Positions 60,952 to 64,000 of a stretch of 64,000 bases of DNA are shown piece after piece (the stretch's first letter is position 1; each line of letters begins with the position of its first letter). The stretch is from Myxococcota bacterium (lineage in GTDB: Bacteria > Myxococcota_A > UBA796 > UBA2385): contig JBIJDH010000002.1 in assembly GCA_044344255.1 (NCBI GenBank), positions 384,001 to 448,000 of the forward strand. Reading direction: 5' to 3'. The translations under genes were made by a program, and so were the position numbers. The notes below the pieces were generated by a model. It was not told where the DNA came from. It made no database searches and worked only from the letters and a program-made list of their open reading frames with translations.

Positions 60952-62262
60952 TCAACGGCGGGCGCGCATGGCGGTGACGGGGGCGATGCGGGTGGCGCGG
61001 AGGGCGGGTGAGACAGCCCCGACGAGGGCCATGGCGAGGCCGAGCAGGAAGGCCAGGAGGGCGATCCGAGGCTCCCAGTCACCGTGGATGATCCGGTTCA
61101 CCGGGAGGGTGTTGGGCATCTTGGAGGCCAGCCCGCCGAGATCGATGCCGTGGGACTCCATGATGAGGGAGCCGATCGAGCCGAGCCCGACCCCTACGGC
61201 GCCCCCCAGCGCGCTGATGATCAGCGCCTCGGTGATGAACATGAGCACGAGAGAGCGCCCCCGCATGCCCATCGCCCTCAGCACCCCGATCTCGGCGGTG
61301 CGCTCGAGCACGCTCATCAGCATCGTGTTGAGCACGCCGAGGCCGGTGATGAGCACGATGATCCCCGAGATGATGCTCACCATCGCGCCGATGATGCGGC
61401 TCATCGAGGCGAAGGGCTCCCGGGCGTCCCAGGCCTGCGCGACGAGGTGGCGGTCGGCGGCGAGGCCGGCCGCCGCTTCGGCCTCGGCGAGGCGCGGAGC
61501 GACGGCGGCCTCGAGCGCCTGGGCGTCGGCGGGGTCTTCACCAAAGACGAGCAGCTCGAGGCAGCCCTCGGGGACATCGACCATCCAGCGGGCCTGGTCG
61601 AGGTTGAGGTAGATCTGCTTGTCGTAGACGCCGTTCCCGGTGTCGACGATACCCTGGACTCGGACGCGGATGGGCGCCATCGAGCCGTCCTGGGTCTGGC
61701 CGATGAAGATGGCCTCCTCCCCGGCGCGGACCCCCATCTGGTCGGCGAGGGTGTGGCCGACGAGGGCCTGCCCGCGGACGCCATCGGTGCCCCCGCCCCC
61801 TTCGGCCGCGCCGGGGGCGGCGGACGCAAACCAGGCGCCGGTGGCGATGTGCTCGGGGAGGTGCAGCACGTCGGCGTAGTAGGTGAGGGGAGCCCCGACG
61901 GCCATCCCGAAGACCTCGCCGATCTCCTCACCGTCCTTGCTCGCGGTCACCCCCATCATGATGCGAGGATAGACGGCGATCACCCCCGGCGCGGCGGCGA
62001 CCGCGCGCACGAGGGCCTCTGAGCGGGGGATGTTCTCGTAGAGGGGCATCAGCCGCTCGCGGGCCATCCAACCGTCGGTCACGACGCGCACGTGGCCGAC
62101 GACACGCGAGGCCTCGCCGAAGAAGCTGTTCTGGATCCCGTTCACCCAGCTCAGGCCCACGGTGAGCAGCGCCGTGCCCGAGAGGACCGTGGCGGCCGTG
62201 AGCGCGGTGCGGCGCGAATTGCGGAGGGTGTTTCGCCAGGCCATCGACAGAAGGAAGGGCAT
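60952..62262 (-). CDS. ABC transporter permease (LolE/FtsX/MacB family)
   Basis: MAWRN..RN.RRT, NTMLMSVLERTAEIGVLRAMG, PALRA. Confidence 0.9.
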   Translation of the reverse strand: MPFLLSMAWRNTLRNSRRTALTAATVLSGTALLTVGLSWVNGIQNSFFGEASRVVGHVRVVTDGWMARERLMPLYENIPRSEALVRAVAAAPGVIAVYPRIMMGVTASKDGEEIGEVFGMAVGAPLTYYADVLHLPEHIATGAWFASAAPGAAEGGGGTDGVRGQALVGHTLADQMGVRAGEEAIFIGQTQDGSMAPIRVRVQGIVDTGNGVYDKQIYLNLDQARWMVDVPEGCLELLVFGEDPADAQALEAAVAPRLAEAEAAAGLAADRHLVAQAWDAREPFASMSRIIGAMVSIISGIIVLITGLGVLNTMLMSVLERTAEIGVLRAMGMRGRSLVLMFITEALIISALGGAVGVGLGSIGSLIMESHGIDLGGLASKMPNTLPVNRIIHGDWEPRIALLAFLLGLAMALVGAVSPALRATRIAPVTAMRARR

Positions 62263-62270
62263 GGGCGCTC

Positions 62271-63512
62271 CTAGTCCGCCCGCACGGCGTCGGCGGGGTT
62301 CAGGGAGGCGGCGCGGATGGCCGGGTAGACGCTGGCGATCAGGCTGATCCCGAGGCTGAAGGTGATGGCCCGGCCGATCGCCGACCAGCCGAAGGACAGG
62401 TAGAGCATCGTCGAGAAGGCAAAATCTCCCTGGCCCTTCGCCGCGGCGCTGAGATCAATGCCGTGAACAGAGTAATAGTAGACGATCCCGCCACCGATCA
62501 GGGCCCCGGCCAGCCCGGCGCCGAGGCCGAGGAAGACCCCCTCCAGCAGGAAGAGGCCGCGCAGCGCCCCGCTCGACATGCCCAGCGCCCGCAGCGTGCC
62601 GATCTCCCGCACCCGCTCGTAGGTGGACATGATGATCGTGTTGGCGATGCCGAGGCCGGCGATGAGCAGGAGGATGGAGACGATGAAGCCGATGGCGCGG
62701 CGCCGGATGAGGTTGATGGCGATGAGATCGCGGGCCTCATAGGCGGCGGTGGTGGCGACCCAGCCCGCCTGGCTGAGGCGGGCCGCCTCGCGCTCGGCGT
62801 CGCCTCGGCCGCGCAGGCGGAGCGAGAGGGCGCTGCGGGCCCCCTCGGTGAGGAGCAGGGCGTCAGCGGCGGCCATCGGCAGCAGGACGAGGCCGTCGAT
62901 GGCCGGGTTGCTGCTGCGCACCACCCCGCTCACCGTGTAGGACAGCGCGTTGATCGCCCCCGGTTTCGTGCGGGCCTCGATGACCACGGTGGAGCCCGGC
63001 TTCGCCCCGGTGAGAGAGGCGACCTCGGCCCCGAGCACGAGCTCATCAGCCCCCGGCTTCGGCCAGGCCCCCTCGATCGGCCAGTCGGCCACGGGGAAGA
63101 CGGCGGGATCGGCCACGGGGTCGTAGCCGAGGAGGCGCACGCGCACCGCGTCGGCGCCGAAGATGAGCCGCGCCGAGGCGAAGACCCGAGGCGCCACCGC
63201 GACGACCGCGCCGGCCTCCGGGCCCGACAGGGCGGCCTCGAGGGCCGGGGAGGGGACGACCGCCTCATCGAGGGGCCAGGTGAGGCCGTCGGTGGGGTAG
63301 CCCTCGGGGCGGAGGATGACGTGGCCGGCGACGGCGTCCTCCTGGGCGCGGATCACGTTCTCGTCGAGGCCGCCCACGAAGCCGTCGCCGAGGATGAGCA
63401 CCGCCGTGCCCGCCACCACGGCCGCGCCCGTGATGATGGTGCGCTTCGTGTTCCGGAGCAGGTTCCGGAGCGAGAGGCTGAGCACGAGCTGGAAGGCCGA
63501 GAGCGGGCTCAT
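62271..63512 (-). CDS. ABC transporter permease (LolE/FtsX/MacB family)
   Basis: RNLLRNTKRT, NTIIMSTYERVREIGTLRALG, YPAIRAA. Confidence 0.9.
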   Translation of the reverse strand: MSPLSAFQLVLSLSLRNLLRNTKRTIITGAAVVAGTAVLILGDGFVGGLDENVIRAQEDAVAGHVILRPEGYPTDGLTWPLDEAVVPSPALEAALSGPEAGAVVAVAPRVFASARLIFGADAVRVRLLGYDPVADPAVFPVADWPIEGAWPKPGADELVLGAEVASLTGAKPGSTVVIEARTKPGAINALSYTVSGVVRSSNPAIDGLVLLPMAAADALLLTEGARSALSLRLRGRGDAEREAARLSQAGWVATTAAYEARDLIAINLIRRRAIGFIVSILLLIAGLGIANTIIMSTYERVREIGTLRALGMSSGALRGLFLLEGVFLGLGAGLAGALIGGGIVYYYSVHGIDLSAAAKGQGDFAFSTMLYLSFGWSAIGRAITFSLGISLIASVYPAIRAASLNPADAVRAD

Positions 63513-64000
63513 CCCCGCGCTCCCCCGGGCGCGACGGCGCGGGCCTCGACGCCCTCGATGAGCCCGTCGTGGAGGTGCACCACCCGTCGCGCTCGCTCGG
63601 TGACCATCGAGTCGTGGGTGGAGAACAGAAAGGTGGCGCCGTGCCGCTGGTTCATGTCCCCCATGATGTCGAGGATCTGGTGCCCGTTCGCAGAGTCGAG
63701 GTTGGCGGTGGGCTCGTCGGCGATCACGAGCGCAGGCTGCTTGACGAGGGCGCGGGCGATGGCCACCCGTTGCTGCTGTCCGCCGGAGAGCTGCGTGGGG
63801 CGGCGGCCCAGGAAGTCGCCGAGGCCCACGTCGCGCAGCGCCTTCTCCACCCGATCCTTCCGCTCGCTGGCGGGGAGGTCTACCGCGAGGCGGAGGGCGA
63901 GCTCGACGTTCTCGAAGGCCGTGAGGACCGGGATCAGGTTGAAGCTCTGAAAGATGAAGCCGATGCGCTGGGCCCGCGTCTGGCCGAGCTCGGCGGAGCC
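63509..64000 (-). CDS. ABC transporter ATP-binding protein (LolD-like), 5' truncated by window
   Basis: IGFIFQSFNL, LSGGQQQRVAIARA, ADEPTANLD, STHD. Confidence 0.92.
   Translation of the reverse strand, partial: GSAELGQTRAQRIGFIFQSFNLIPVLTAFENVELALRLAVDLPASERKDRVEKALRDVGLGDFLGRRPTQLSGGQQQRVAIARALVKQPALVIADEPTANLDSANGHQILDIMGDMNQRHGATFLFSTHDSMVTERARRVVHLHDGLIEGVEARAVAPGGARG

Overview
Very GC-rich, densely coding bacterial chromosomal segment. An Oar-like TonB-dependent receptor, AgmX/PglI-like and GspC-PDZ-like proteins, recA-pilT-alaS order and a Myxococcus-type LexA box point to Myxococcota/deltaproteobacteria (inference). About 52 genes are supported. Housekeeping genes include mutY, sucAB, alaS, pilT, recA, mpl, dsbD, asnB, accC/BCCP/methylmalonyl-CoA mutase and tatBC. 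These are interspersed with many envelope and glycosylation genes (three GT2, GT4, DUF2064, two paralogous GT-C-like membrane proteins), lipoproteins with acidic low-complexity linkers, secreted cyanophycinase- and ceramidase-like hydrolases, a CAP-pair/B12-radical SAM/NMT1-type ABC cluster, a transposase-like relic and a LolA-like ABC export operon running off the right end. No rRNA, tRNA, CRISPR array, prophage or intact mobile element was seen. No single unambiguous novel system is proven. The best leads are the 52.8-59.1 kb cluster, a dispersed GT-C surface-glycosylation set, a DsbD with two N-domains, a pseudo-receiver sigma54 activator and an unannotated 52-aa membrane peptide. All family calls come from motif recognition by eye, not database searches.
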